From an uncultured bacterium (GTDB lineage Bacteria > Actinomycetota > Thermoleophilia > BMS3ABIN01), in contig CAJVWY010000001.1 in the NCBI GenBank assembly GCA_913009925.1, forward strand, positions 1 through 24,506: a stretch of 24,506 nt of DNA, read 5' to 3'. Under the pieces are notes generated by a model. The model was not told where the DNA came from and did not search any database. It saw only the letters and a list, made by a program, of their open reading frames with translations. Each line of letters starts with the position of its first letter. Position 1 is the stretch's first letter. A program made the translations under genes and the position numbers. This document shows, piece by piece, positions 1-8,463 of the stretch.

Positions 1-829
1 GCATGCGCGCGAATACGCCCCAGCCCAGCTTGATGGTCTCCGAGGAGAAGGCGACGATGCCGATGGGCGTGGAGATATCCTCGATACCCTGTTTCGAGAA
101 CATGCCCCCGATAAATACGAAGATATCCTTGGTGATGAGCGGGATATCGAGGGCGGCGTGCCTGGCTGCCTGAGGGGCCGATATATCCATGGTGCCGACC
201 CGTACGGCCTTGAAGGCCACCCCCAGGATGCCGGCTCCCGTTTCTTCCTGTCTGCCGATGACGGCGGTCACCTGCTGCCGTTCTCCATCCCGTTCGATCA
301 ACAGGGTGACCTGCTGGCCGGGCCGGCTCTGCAGTTCATCCCGTATCACTCGCGGGTCGTCGGACACACTGCCGTCCACACCCAGCAGCTTATCGCCCGC
401 CTGGAGGCCGGCGTGCTCGGCACCGCTGCCGGCCTGCACCATGCCGATGGTATTGGTGCTCTCGTATTCCGGCACCGCCTGCCAGTAAAAGACGAAAAAC
501 AGGACGAAGGCCAGCAGCAGGTTCATGGCGGCGCCGGCGGAAACGACGATTATCCGTTTCCAGACCGGTTTGGAGTAAAAAGCGCCCGATCTCAGATTCT
601 CCGGCACCTTCTCTTCACGGGTCATGCCGGAGATCTTCACATAACCGCCCAGGGGGATGACGCCGATGCCGTACTCCGTATCACCGAACTTCCTCTTCAG
701 GGCGGCCGGGGGAAAGCCGATGTAGAATTTCTCGGCGCGCATGCCGAAGGCCTTGGCGGCCAGGAAATGGCCGAGTTCATGTACGAAGATGAGAAACCCT
801 ATGCCCAGGATGGCGATGACGATAAACAT
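1..829 (-). CDS. rseP: RIP/site-2 metalloprotease RseP (M50 family), 3' end runs off the window
   Basis: Not in the ORF track. Manual translation from ATG at 829 gives MFIVIAILGIGFLIFVHELGHFLAAKAFGMRAEKFYIGF...IPLGGYVKISGM (HExxH zinc motif and GGYV motif). It follows dxr as in the canonical operon. Confidence 0.95.
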   Translation of the reverse strand, partial: MFIVIAILGIGFLIFVHELGHFLAAKAFGMRAEKFYIGFPPAALKRKFGDTEYGIGVIPLGGYVKISGMTREEKVPENLRSGAFYSKPVWKRIIVVSAGAAMNLLLAFVLFFVFYWQAVPEYESTNTIGMVQAGSGAEHAGLQAGDKLLGVDGSVSDDPRVIRDELQSRPGQQVTLLIERDGERQQVTAVIGRQEETGAGILGVAFKAVRVGTMDISAPQAARHAALDIPLITKDIFVFIGGMFSKQGIEDISTPIGIVAFSSETIKLGWGVFARM

Positions 830-833
830 TAGG

Positions 834-1982
834 TTAACCGATGAGCGTCCCGGCCCGCCGGCGGGCTTCGGTGTCGATCCCCTGTATCTGCCCCAGACTG
901 GACAGGGTGGACGGTAACGAGGCCTCCATCTCCAGCATGGTGTCCGCCACGACTCTGGCTATATCCAGGAAGGCGATGGAGCCGGCGAGGAAGGCGTCCA
1001 CGGCTATCTCGTTGGCGGCGTTCAGGGCGATGGGGGCGCCTCCGCCTCTCTCTCCCGCCTCGCGTGCCAGCCTCAGGCAGGGAAAAGCTTCGATGTCGGG
1101 CCTGAGGAAGGTGAGCTCGCCGACGGCGGGCAGGTCCAGCTGAGGCATGGACACCGGCTGGCGTTCGGGATAATTCAGCGCGTAGGCGATGGGCAGTTTC
1201 ATGCTGGGAAGTCCCATCTGCGCCAGCACCGAGCCGTCTCCGAACCTGACCATGGAGTGCACGATAGATTGGGGATGGATCACTACTTCAATGTCCTCGT
1301 ATGCTGTTTCGAAAAGATAGTGGGCCTCGATTATCTCAAGCCCCTTATTCATCAGGGTAGCAGAATCGATGGTGATCTTGCTGCCCATCTCCCAGCGGGG
1401 GTGCCTCAGGGCGTCGTCACGGCTGACGTTCTTCAGCTGGTTCCTGCTCATTCCCAGGAACGGGCCGCCGGAAGCGGTGAGGAAGATACGCTCGGCTCTG
1501 GCCGGCCGTGACCCCTGGAGGCACTGGAATATGGCGCTGTGCTCGCTGTCGACGGGAAGCAGCCGCACCTCCGCCGCCGCCGCCATGCGCATCACCAGCT
1601 CCCCTCCCACCACCAGACTCTCCTTGTTGGCCAGGGCAAGGTCCACACCCTTCTCCAGGGTCGCCATGGTCGCCTCCAGCCCGGCGGCGCCGACTATGGC
1701 GTTAAGCACCAGGTCGCAATCCACTGCCTCGATAAGGCCGCGGATGCCGTCCGGACCGGTAAAGACCCGGCACTCCGGCAGGGCAGCGGCTACTTTCTCC
1801 CCCGACCGTTCGTCGATGATGGCCACGTCGGCGACCTCGAATAGGGAGGCCTGCTCGATGAGGGGACCGTGGCGGCTCCCCGCAGCCAGGCCGACGGCTT
1901 CCAGGCCCGGGCTCTCTGATATGACTTCCAGCGCCTGGACACCGACTGAGCCGGTAGAGCCCAGTATCAATACCCGCTTCAT
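834..1982 (-). CDS. dxr: 1-deoxy-D-xylulose 5-phosphate reductoisomerase
   Basis: Motifs LGSTGSVG, LALANKESLV, PVDSEHSAIFQ, LTASGGPF, HPRWEMGSKITIDSATLMNKGLEIIEAHYLF. Confidence 0.98.
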   Translation of the reverse strand: MKRVLILGSTGSVGVQALEVISESPGLEAVGLAAGSRHGPLIEQASLFEVADVAIIDERSGEKVAAALPECRVFTGPDGIRGLIEAVDCDLVLNAIVGAAGLEATMATLEKGVDLALANKESLVVGGELVMRMAAAAEVRLLPVDSEHSAIFQCLQGSRPARAERIFLTASGGPFLGMSRNQLKNVSRDDALRHPRWEMGSKITIDSATLMNKGLEIIEAHYLFETAYEDIEVVIHPQSIVHSMVRFGDGSVLAQMGLPSMKLPIAYALNYPERQPVSMPQLDLPAVGELTFLRPDIEAFPCLRLAREAGERGGGAPIALNAANEIAVDAFLAGSIAFLDIARVVADTMLEMEASLPSTLSSLGQIQGIDTEARRRAGTLIG

Positions 1983-1984
1983 TC

Positions 1985-2776
1985 TCAGCCGTTGCCTATC
2001 ATCGCTGTCACCACAAAGAAGGCGGCGGCGGCGGCGAACAGGAGGGAGTCGAAACGGTCAAGGATGCCGCCATGCCCGGGGATGATGGTGCCGGCATCCT
2101 TAACGTGTGTGGCTCTTTTCAGGTAGGACTCAAACAGGTCTCCCACCGGCGCGGCGATGGCGATGGTGAGTCCCAGCACGACAGACTGCCACGCTTCCAT
2201 CCAGCCCAGGGATTTCCCCGCCACCAGCACAATCAGGATGGTGCCGATGAAACCCGCCGCCGTTCCTTCAAGGGTCTTGTTGGGCGACGCCACCGGTGTG
2301 ATGGGGCGATGCCCGTAGAAGTGGCCTACCGCGTACGCCACCGTGTCCGAAGTCCAGGTGGCCAGCAGGACGACGATAGCCAGGCTGATGCCGTAGGCCG
2401 GGCTTCTAAGTAACAGCACGAACGCGAAACCAACGCTGATGTAGAAAGAACCGAAAAAGGTTACCGCCATCTCGCTGACCATATCCGATCTGAGGCCGCG
2501 GACGGCGTGCAAGATAAAAGTGAGGACGAACAGGTAGACCACTCCCCGCAGCACTCCTTCCAGCTGTGAAGCGTAAGCACCGTAGAGGATAAGGATAGCG
2601 CCGAGATAGCCTGCCAGCAGGTTGGGTCTGTAGGCCCTGGTCATGCGGTAGAACTCATGGAGGCCCAGCAGACTCAACAGGATGAGCGAGACCAGCAGAG
2701 GGATGCCGCCGGTATAGATGACCAGGATGGCCAGGGGGACACCCAGCAGGCCGACCAATGCGCGAGTAAGCAGCAT
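1985..2776 (-). CDS. cdsA: Phosphatidate cytidylyltransferase
   Basis: Hydrophobic protein with SPNKTLEG and GDLFESYLKR...KDAGTIIPGHGGILDRFDS signature; lies between uppS and dxr. Confidence 0.96.
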   Translation of the reverse strand: MLLTRALVGLLGVPLAILVIYTGGIPLLVSLILLSLLGLHEFYRMTRAYRPNLLAGYLGAILILYGAYASQLEGVLRGVVYLFVLTFILHAVRGLRSDMVSEMAVTFFGSFYISVGFAFVLLLRSPAYGISLAIVVLLATWTSDTVAYAVGHFYGHRPITPVASPNKTLEGTAAGFIGTILIVLVAGKSLGWMEAWQSVVLGLTIAIAAPVGDLFESYLKRATHVKDAGTIIPGHGGILDRFDSLLFAAAAAFFVVTAMIGNG

Positions 2777-2787
2777 GGACCCCCTGC

Positions 2788-3537
2788 CTACCTTGCACCG
2801 AACCGCCGGCGGCGGCGGTTGAATTCATTAAAAGCTTCCAACAGGTCGTGCTCCTCGAATGCAGGCCACAGCTTGTGAGAGAAATAGAGTTCGGAATAAG
2901 CGCACTGCCAGAGCAGGAAGTTGCTCAGGCGCTGCTCGCCACTGGTACGGATGAGCAGCTCCGGATCGTGCATCTCCGGTGCATAAAGGTACTGGTGGAA
3001 CTCCTCCTCGCTGCCGGAAAAGCCGTTATCAGCAGCGGCCGTGACCGCATCCGCGATCTCGGCGCGCCCACCGTAATTGAAAGCCACGAACAGGGTCATG
3101 GCCGAATTGCCGTCGGTGAGCCGCTCCGATTCGTCTATCTGCCGGCGCAGGGTATCCGAAAGCCCCTGGCGGCGCCCAATGAACCTCATCCGGACGCTCT
3201 CATGGTTCAGCTCGGGGGTCTCCCTTTCGATAAGCTCACCGAACATCTTCATCAGGTCATCTATCTCCTCGCGGGGACGGCGCCAGTTCTCGGTGGAAAA
3301 GGCGAATACCGTCAATTCGAGGACGCCGGCCCGGCGCGAAGCGCGGACGATCTTCTTCAGCGCGCGGGCGCCCTCGCGATGCCCGGCGATGGCCGGCAGG
3401 TGCCGTTCTGCGGCCCATCTGCCGTTGCCATCCATGATTATGGCCACATATGCGGGTGCCTCGCCGCCTTGCAATAAAAAATCTTCGCGTTCCTTCTTTT
3501 TACGGCGAAGATTACCAGGGAGAGAAAGAAGTTTCAC
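2788..3537 (-). CDS. uppS: Polyprenyl diphosphate synthase (cis-prenyltransferase)
   Basis: Motifs AIIMDGNGRWA, FAFSTENWRRP, FNYGGRAEI, LIRTSGEQRLSNFLLWQ. Start moved to GTG at 3537, which has GGAGG 6 nt upstream inside the last frr codons; the track start overlaps frr. Confidence 0.96.
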   Translation of the reverse strand: MKLLSLPGNLRRKKKEREDFLLQGGEAPAYVAIIMDGNGRWAAERHLPAIAGHREGARALKKIVRASRRAGVLELTVFAFSTENWRRPREEIDDLMKMFGELIERETPELNHESVRMRFIGRRQGLSDTLRRQIDESERLTDGNSAMTLFVAFNYGGRAEIADAVTAAADNGFSGSEEEFHQYLYAPEMHDPELLIRTSGEQRLSNFLLWQCAYSELYFSHKLWPAFEEHDLLEAFNEFNRRRRRFGAR

Positions 3538-3538
3538 G

Positions 3539-4105
3539 CTAAACCTCCAGGATCTCCTCCTCTTTGTGCTGCAGCATGACATCGATCTTGTCCGTGTGCT
3601 TGTCGGTTACCTTTTGCAGCTCGTCCTCGGCCCAGTGCAGTTCGTCCTCGGAGATCTCCCCCTCCTTCTTCAATTCCTTGATATCGTGCATGACCTGGCG
3701 CCTGATGTTGCGGATGGCGACCCGGCCGTTTTCCGCCATGCCCCGTACGATCTTGACTATCTCCTGACGGCGCTCTTCCGTCAACTCCGGGATCGATAGG
3801 CGGATGATGTTGCCGTCGTTGCTGGGGTTGAGCCCCAGCTCGGATTCCTGGATGGCATGTTCGATATTCTTGATGGCTGATTTGTCGTATGGGGTAACTA
3901 CCAGCATCCGGGGCTCGGGAGTGCTGATGTTGGCCAGCTGGTTAAGCGGCGTCCGGGTGCCGTAGTAGTCCACTACTATGCGGTCCAGCAAGGATATGGA
4001 GGCGCGACCCGTCCTCACCGTGTTGAACTCGTTTCGGCAGGCGGTGACCGCCTTGTCCATCCGCTCGCTGCCGTCTGTGAAGAGCTCTTCGACCAGTTCG
4101 TTCAT
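3539..4105 (-). CDS. frr: Ribosome recycling factor
   Basis: Motifs VRTGRAS, VDYYG...PLNQLA, LGLNPSNDG, IPELTEERR; position after pyrH. Confidence 0.98.
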   Translation of the reverse strand: MNELVEELFTDGSERMDKAVTACRNEFNTVRTGRASISLLDRIVVDYYGTRTPLNQLANISTPEPRMLVVTPYDKSAIKNIEHAIQESELGLNPSNDGNIIRLSIPELTEERRQEIVKIVRGMAENGRVAIRNIRRQVMHDIKELKKEGEISEDELHWAEDELQKVTDKHTDKIDVMLQHKEEEILEV

Positions 4106-4146
4106 GATGACTGAATCCTCAGGTTCTCTTGGCCTGACAATGCCTG

Positions 4147-4176
4147 ATTCTATACTATCCGGCGAATCATTGTCAG
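4147..4176 (-). promoter_or_regulatory. Candidate internal housekeeping-sigma promoter for frr-uppS-cdsA-dxr-rseP
   Basis: Minus strand reads CTGACA (4176-4171), N18, TAGAAT (4152-4147), each 5/6 to consensus, in the 117-bp pyrH-frr gap. Confidence 0.55.
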
Positions 4177-4222
4177 ATGCCGCCGGTGATGAAATCCATT
4201 CCCGATAGCCGGGCGCTGCTGC

Positions 4223-4984
4223 TCAGCTTTTGACGATAGTGCCGGCCTTTTTCCCCGAAAGCACCAGTTGTAAGTTCTGCTCGTCGTTCATGTTAAACAC
4301 ATGGATGGGCAGGTTGTTGTCCATGCACAGGGACAGGGCAGTGGTATCCATGACCCTGAGGCCTCTTTCGATGGCCTCCAGGTGGGTGACCTCCGGCAGG
4401 AATACGGCATCCGGGTTCTGGTCCGGATCCGAGTCGAACACACCGTTGTACTTGCGCTTGGCCATGAGAATGGTTTCGGCGCCTATCTCCAGCGCCCGGA
4501 GTGCCGCTGCCGTATCGGTAGTGAAATAGGGGTTGCCGGTCCCCGCGGCGAATATAACCACTCTGTGTTTCTCCAGATGGCGTATGGCGCGCCTGCGGAT
4601 GTAGGGCTCCGCCACTTCCTGCATCTCGATGGCGGATTGTACGCGGGTCTCGAGGCCGAGCTTCTCCATGCCATCCTGCAGTGCCAGCGCGTTCAGCACG
4701 GTGGCGATCATGCCCATGTAGTCGCCGGTGGCGCGGTCCATCCCCCGGGTGCTGCCGGCGACGCCGCGAAATATGTTGCCGGCGCCGACGACGATGGCTA
4801 TCTCCACGTCGCGGTCCCAGGCGCCCAATATCTGTGAGGAGATGGCCTTGATGCGGGCAGGGTCGATGGTATGTTGTTTCTCGTCCTGGAGCGCTTGTCC
4901 CGACAGCTTTATCAGGACCCGTTTGAATACGGCGGGCTCACCGGCCGCCGGTTCCCGGCCGCCTGTATTCTTGCCTGCGGTCAA
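4223..4984 (-). CDS. pyrH: UMP kinase
   Basis: Motifs IKLSGQAL, GNIFRG, DYMGMIATVLNALALQD, AGTGNPYFTTDTAAALRA, VMDTTA. The TTG start overlaps the tsf stop (TTGA). Confidence 0.96.
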   Translation of the reverse strand: MTAGKNTGGREPAAGEPAVFKRVLIKLSGQALQDEKQHTIDPARIKAISSQILGAWDRDVEIAIVVGAGNIFRGVAGSTRGMDRATGDYMGMIATVLNALALQDGMEKLGLETRVQSAIEMQEVAEPYIRRRAIRHLEKHRVVIFAAGTGNPYFTTDTAAALRALEIGAETILMAKRKYNGVFDSDPDQNPDAVFLPEVTHLEAIERGLRVMDTTALSLCMDNNLPIHVFNMNDEQNLQLVLSGKKAGTIVKS

Positions 4985-5580
4985 TTTTCCTTGCCCAATT
5001 CGAAGCGGGCGAAACGTTTTATCTCGATGTTCTCGCCGATCCTGCTCACAAGTTCACCCATGAGCTGCTCGATGGTCATCTTGTCGTCCTTGACGAAAGG
5101 CTGCTCCATCAGGCATACCTGCTGGTAGTATTTCTCCATCTTGCCCGAGGCGATCTTGTCCAGGATATCATCGGGCTTGCCGGTGGCTTTGGCCTGCTCA
5201 CGGTAGATGGCCATCTCCGATTCCGCTTCGGCCCCGGGCACGTCTTCACGTTTGATATAAAGGGGCGCGGAGGCGGCCACATGCATGGCCAGATCGTGCA
5301 CAAAGCTCCGGAAGTCCTCGTTTCGCGCCACAAAATCGGTCTCACAACCCACCTCGATGAGCACACCGATCTTGCCGCCGGCGTGAATGTAACTTTCGAT
5401 AAGTCCTTCGGTGGTGGCGCGGCCGCTGCGTTTGACGGCCTCGGCCAGCCCCTGTGTTCTCAGAAGTTTTACCGCTTCCCCCAGGTCTCCCTCGACCTGG
5501 GAGAGTGCCTTTTTGCAGTCCATCATGCCCGCGCCCGTCTGCTCGCGGAGCTCCTTGACGTCCTTGGCGCTAATTGCCAC
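4981..5580 (-). CDS. tsf: Translation elongation factor Ts (short, ~199 aa form)
   Basis: Motifs [45 protein letters not shown]. Start is GTG at 5580 after GAGGTGG; the track's extension to 5865 is the alternate frame of the rpsB tail. Confidence 0.96.
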   Translation of the reverse strand: MAISAKDVKELREQTGAGMMDCKKALSQVEGDLGEAVKLLRTQGLAEAVKRSGRATTEGLIESYIHAGGKIGVLIEVGCETDFVARNEDFRSFVHDLAMHVAASAPLYIKREDVPGAEAESEMAIYREQAKATGKPDDILDKIASGKMEKYYQQVCLMEQPFVKDDKMTIEQLMGELVSRIGENIEIKRFARFELGKEN

Positions 5581-6601
5581 TTTCCACCTCGCTGGTCTTG
5601 CCTGCTGCATCTGTCTTTGCCTTTTCTGCGCCGGTAGTGCCGGCGCCGGCCTTTTTCTGTTCAGCGGCCGGAGCGCCCGCTTCCTTGGCCGCTTTCTTCT
5701 TGGCGGCCGAGGCGGCTGCAACCTTGGTTTCCTTCTTTTTAGGCGCGGCCTGTTCACCGTCACCGGCCTTCTTATTTTCCTCGTCGCCGGCCTTCTTCTT
5801 CTCATCGGCTTCGGCCTGTTTGCGCGCCTCGTCTGCGGCCTTCTTCTTCTCATCGGCTTCGGCATGTTTGCGCGCCTCTTCGGCGGCCGCCCGGCCCGCT
5901 GCCAATTCCTTTTCAGTCAGAAGCTGTTTGCCTTCTACGACGGCGTCGGCCATGGCGCGGATTATCACGCCGCAGGAACGGATGGCGTCGTCGTTCCCCG
6001 GGATGACGTAATCGACCTCGTCAGGGTCGCAATTGGTATCAACCAGAGCGATGATGGGGATACCCAGCTTGCGCGCTTCGCGGATGACGATGGTCTCGCG
6101 CTTGGTATCGATCACCAGGACCGCCTGGGGCAATTTGTCCATGTCGGCCACCCCCCCCAGGTTGGTCTCCAGCTTTTTGAGCTCGGCTAGCATGTTCATC
6201 TGCTCACGGGTCGGCAGCAGATCCAGTTTACCGTCCTCCTTGAGCCGCCGCAGCTCATGAAGACGCTTGATGCGCTTGGAGATCGTGTTGTAATTGGTCA
6301 GCAGGCCGCCTAGCCACCGGTGTGAGACATAGGGCATGCCGGCGCGTTCAGCCTCCTCGGCGATGGTGTCCTGGCACTGCTTCTTGGTGCCGACGAACAG
6401 CACCTTCTTGCCGTTCTCAGCCAGGTTCTTGATGAAATCATAAGCCTTATCGATGAGCTTGGTGGTCTTCTGCAGGTCGATGATGTAGATGCCGCCCCGC
6501 TCGGTGAAGATGTAGGGTTTCATTCTGGGGTTCCAACGGCGGGTCTGGTGTCCGAAGTGAACTCCGGACTCAAGCAGCTCTTTCATGGTTACAGCACTCA
6601 A
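5570..6601 (-). CDS. rpsB: 30S ribosomal protein S2 with a long Lys/Ala/Glu-rich C-terminal tail
   Basis: Motifs [38 protein letters not shown]...[10 protein letters not shown]. Likely start TTG at 6601 with AAGGA 7 nt upstream. Confidence 0.98.
   Translation of the reverse strand: MSAVTMKELLESGVHFGHQTRRWNPRMKPYIFTERGGIYIIDLQKTTKLIDKAYDFIKNLAENGKKVLFVGTKKQCQDTIAEEAERAGMPYVSHRWLGGLLTNYNTISKRIKRLHELRRLKEDGKLDLLPTREQMNMLAELKKLETNLGGVADMDKLPQAVLVIDTKRETIVIREARKLGIPIIALVDTNCDPDEVDYVIPGNDDAIRSCGVIIRAMADAVVEGKQLLTEKELAAGRAAAEEARKHAEADEKKKAADEARKQAEADEKKKAGDEENKKAGDGEQAAPKKKETKVAAASAAKKKAAKEAGAPAAEQKKAGAGTTGAEKAKTDAAGKTSEVESGN
5789..5884. repeat. Tandem duplication, 2 x 48 bp, in the rpsB 3' tail
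   Basis: Units 5789-5836 and 5837-5884 match at 45/48 positions and encode [16 protein letters not shown] / [16 protein letters not shown]. Confidence 0.9.
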
Positions 6602-6640
6602 ACCGAGATCCTTTCTCTCGAGTTTTATAATTGCCGCTTC

Positions 6641-6729
6641 TGGCCTCATTCCCCGGGCAGCGGCAGGTTCGGGGAACGGTCGGATTCCATTATCCAGGCC
6701 ACAGATCCTGCCTGTAGCCCGAGCGAATG
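6641..6729 (-). ncRNA. Structured rpsB 5' leader (S2/t44-like autoregulatory element, putative)
   Basis: Nested complementary pairs on the minus strand: CATTC/GAATG (6729-6725 with 6651-6647), CGGGC/GCCCG (6721-6717 with 6658-6654), GGCAGG/CCTGCC (6712-6707 with 6667-6662), GGAT/ATCC. A loop TGGCCT (6701-6696) is complementary to downstream AGGCCA (6646-6641), giving pseudoknot topology. Lies between a -10 box and rpsB. Confidence 0.6.
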
Positions 6730-6730
6730 T

Positions 6731-6739
6731 ATTTTAGCA
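6731..6739 (-). promoter_or_regulatory. Extended -10 promoter element for the rpsB operon
   Basis: Minus strand reads TG-C-TAAAAT immediately upstream of the structured leader; no convincing -35 found. Confidence 0.55.
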
Positions 6740-6811
6740 AAAAAAAGGGCATGGTTGGTAGAAAAACAGCCGGCGGCGACCATGCAGCCGGTTTATGATA
6801 CCCTCTGGCGG

Positions 6812-7219
6812 ATGGACAGGGAAAGTGAAAAGATCGCGCGGATACTGCGGCGGGCGCAGGTCATTGCCGTAGTGGGCGCCTCTCCCCGGCCGGAACGACC
6901 CAGTAACATGGTCGCCCGCTACCTTATCGAACAGGGGTTCAGGGTCATACCTGTGCGCCCCAAGGTCAGCGAGGTGCTGGACAGGCGCTGTTACCCCCGC
7001 CTGGAGGACATTCCGGAAAGCGTGGATATCGTCGACGTGTTCCGCCGTCCGGAGGCCTGCCCCGACGTGGCCCGCAGCGCCGTGGCCATCGGCGCCCGCG
7101 TCCTCTGGTTGCAGCAGGGTATAGTCAGTGATGAAGCGGCGGAAATCGCCGCCGCTGCCGGCCTGGACGTAGTTATGGACCGCTGCATCAAGGTGGCCCA
7201 TCAGGAGATGACAAGGTAG
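6812..7219 (+). CDS. CoA-binding domain protein (YccU-like Rossmann fold)
   Basis: Motifs IAVVGASPRPERPSNMVARYL, VDIVDVFRRPE, VLWLQQGI, VVMDRCIKV. Start uncertain (ATG 6782 or 6812); the track start at 6548 overlaps rpsB and is rejected. Confidence 0.88.
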   Translation: MDRESEKIARILRRAQVIAVVGASPRPERPSNMVARYLIEQGFRVIPVRPKVSEVLDRRCYPRLEDIPESVDIVDVFRRPEACPDVARSAVAIGARVLWLQQGIVSDEAAEIAAAAGLDVVMDRCIKVAHQEMTR

Positions 7220-7236
7220 GGACGGGAGATATCAGG

Positions 7237-7890
7237 ATGTGGATATTACCATTGATTGCGGCGCTGGTCAGCGGCTTTTATTCGGGAGTCGTCATCAGAC
7301 TGCATTCGCCTGGTTCCGGTCTCTCTTTCATCTGGTGGTCCATCGCTTTACTGGGGCTGGCCGTGGCGTCGGCATGCCTGTTCATAGGCAGCTTGAGCGG
7401 CTGGAGCCCGTTCATCGCCCGGACTTATTATCTATTCGGCACGGTTACCCTGGTTGCTTTCTTCAGCGTCGGTATCACTTACCTGCTGGCACCCCGTCCC
7501 GTGGCCCATATGTGGGCCCTGCTGGTGGTGGTTGTGACGGCGCTGGCGGCATTCATCCTGGCGGGAGCGGATGTGGACCACGATGTGTTTGCCGTAGCGG
7601 GGGAGCCTGGCTGGAAGGCCATCGACCGTTCCCAGTTGCTGATGGGACTTACTTCGGCGCTGGGGAACCTGGGCATCCTGGTGCTGATAACAGCAGCGGT
7701 GTTCGCTTATGTCTACCGGCGCTTCGCCCTGCCCGCGGGGCTCATCGCCACGGGCTCGCTGATTTTATTCTACGGCGGCAACATCATAGCCGCCCTGGGC
7801 GGCTATGGATACGTTTCTCTGGGATACCTGCTGGGGTCTACGGTCATCGTCGCCGGCATCATGATGACAGCCGGCGACGGCACCGGTTAA
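7237..7890 (+). CDS. Uncharacterised polytopic membrane protein (about 6-7 hydrophobic segments)
   Basis: 217 aa with repeated hydrophobic stretches, a GGGAGA RBS-like sequence, 17 bp after the CoA-binding gene. Confidence 0.75.
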   Translation: MWILPLIAALVSGFYSGVVIRLHSPGSGLSFIWWSIALLGLAVASACLFIGSLSGWSPFIARTYYLFGTVTLVAFFSVGITYLLAPRPVAHMWALLVVVVTALAAFILAGADVDHDVFAVAGEPGWKAIDRSQLLMGLTSALGNLGILVLITAAVFAYVYRRFALPAGLIATGSLILFYGGNIIAALGGYGYVSLGYLLGSTVIVAGIMMTAGDGTG

Positions 7891-8303
7891 TCTATCTCGT
7901 CTTCCAGCATCCAGCATTCCAGAACTCCTGGATGGCATTCCTCTTCATCGGCTGCGCTGGCTCCCTCGGGGTGTTCCGGCTCCGCCTGAGTCGTATGTGG
8001 ATAGCGGGTGCACTTGCCCTGATGGCGGTCGCGGCAGTCGATCTGCTGGTCACTGATGTCGAGGATATCCGCTTCCTGGCGACCAGACTCCTGTTCGCGG
8101 TTGAGCTTGTTCGTCAGGCTCTTTATCCCCGCCAGGGTGGCCGATCTCTTCCTGCCCTCCGGGCTCAGGTCGGGCGTTTTGCCTTCCCCGGTGGTGGCGA
8201 CCCAGACTATGCGGTCTTCCGGCACAACGATAAGGTATTTGGCCGTGCGGCCGTCGTCTTCCTTTCCTCTGATAACCGCGCAAGTGATCTGGCGTGCAGA
8301 CAT
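7887..8303 (-). CDS. Hypothetical protein with acidic Cys/His-containing C-terminus
   Basis: GC3-rich codons and GGGAGGGAG upstream (GTG 8312 or ATG 8303). Shares a TTAA stop overlap with the convergent membrane-protein gene. No family recognised. Confidence 0.6.
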   Translation of the reverse strand: MSARQITCAVIRGKEDDGRTAKYLIVVPEDRIVWVATTGEGKTPDLSPEGRKRSATLAGIKSLTNKLNREQESGRQEADILDISDQQIDCRDRHQGKCTRYPHTTQAEPEHPEGASAADEEECHPGVLECWMLEDEID

Positions 8304-8463
8304 GACCGTCACTCCCTCCCAAGCGTCATAATGAAACGGCGCGTTTCAATTAAACAACCCTGGACAAATGCGGCGTCGAATCCTTGCCGCGAGAAGCAAT
8401 AACCTTTTCGGTATTTAGACGAAGGAACCTGAGGAGAGTTTCGGAAAATATATTAAGGTGAGG

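Noticed and set aside
4112-4140. TGAATCCT resembling the ECF -35 motif; also GAATCCTT near 8378
   Set aside because: No matching -10 at the required spacing. The first is the reverse complement of the frr RBS.
5581-5865. tsf reading frame stays open 95 codons into rpsB (possible S2/EF-Ts frameshift fusion or long EF-Ts)
   Set aside because: It is the alternate frame of the GC-rich low-complexity S2 tail (Arg/Pro-rich product). tsf has its own RBS and GTG at 5580, and no slippery site was recognised.
5411-6190. 259-aa plus-strand hydrophobic-looking ORF
   Set aside because: Antisense to rpsB/tsf; its Leu/Phe runs mirror the Lys/Glu codons of the S2 tail.
7239-8402. 387-aa plus-strand ORF
   Set aside because: Overlaps two better-supported genes in other frames, lacks an RBS and has no coherent composition.
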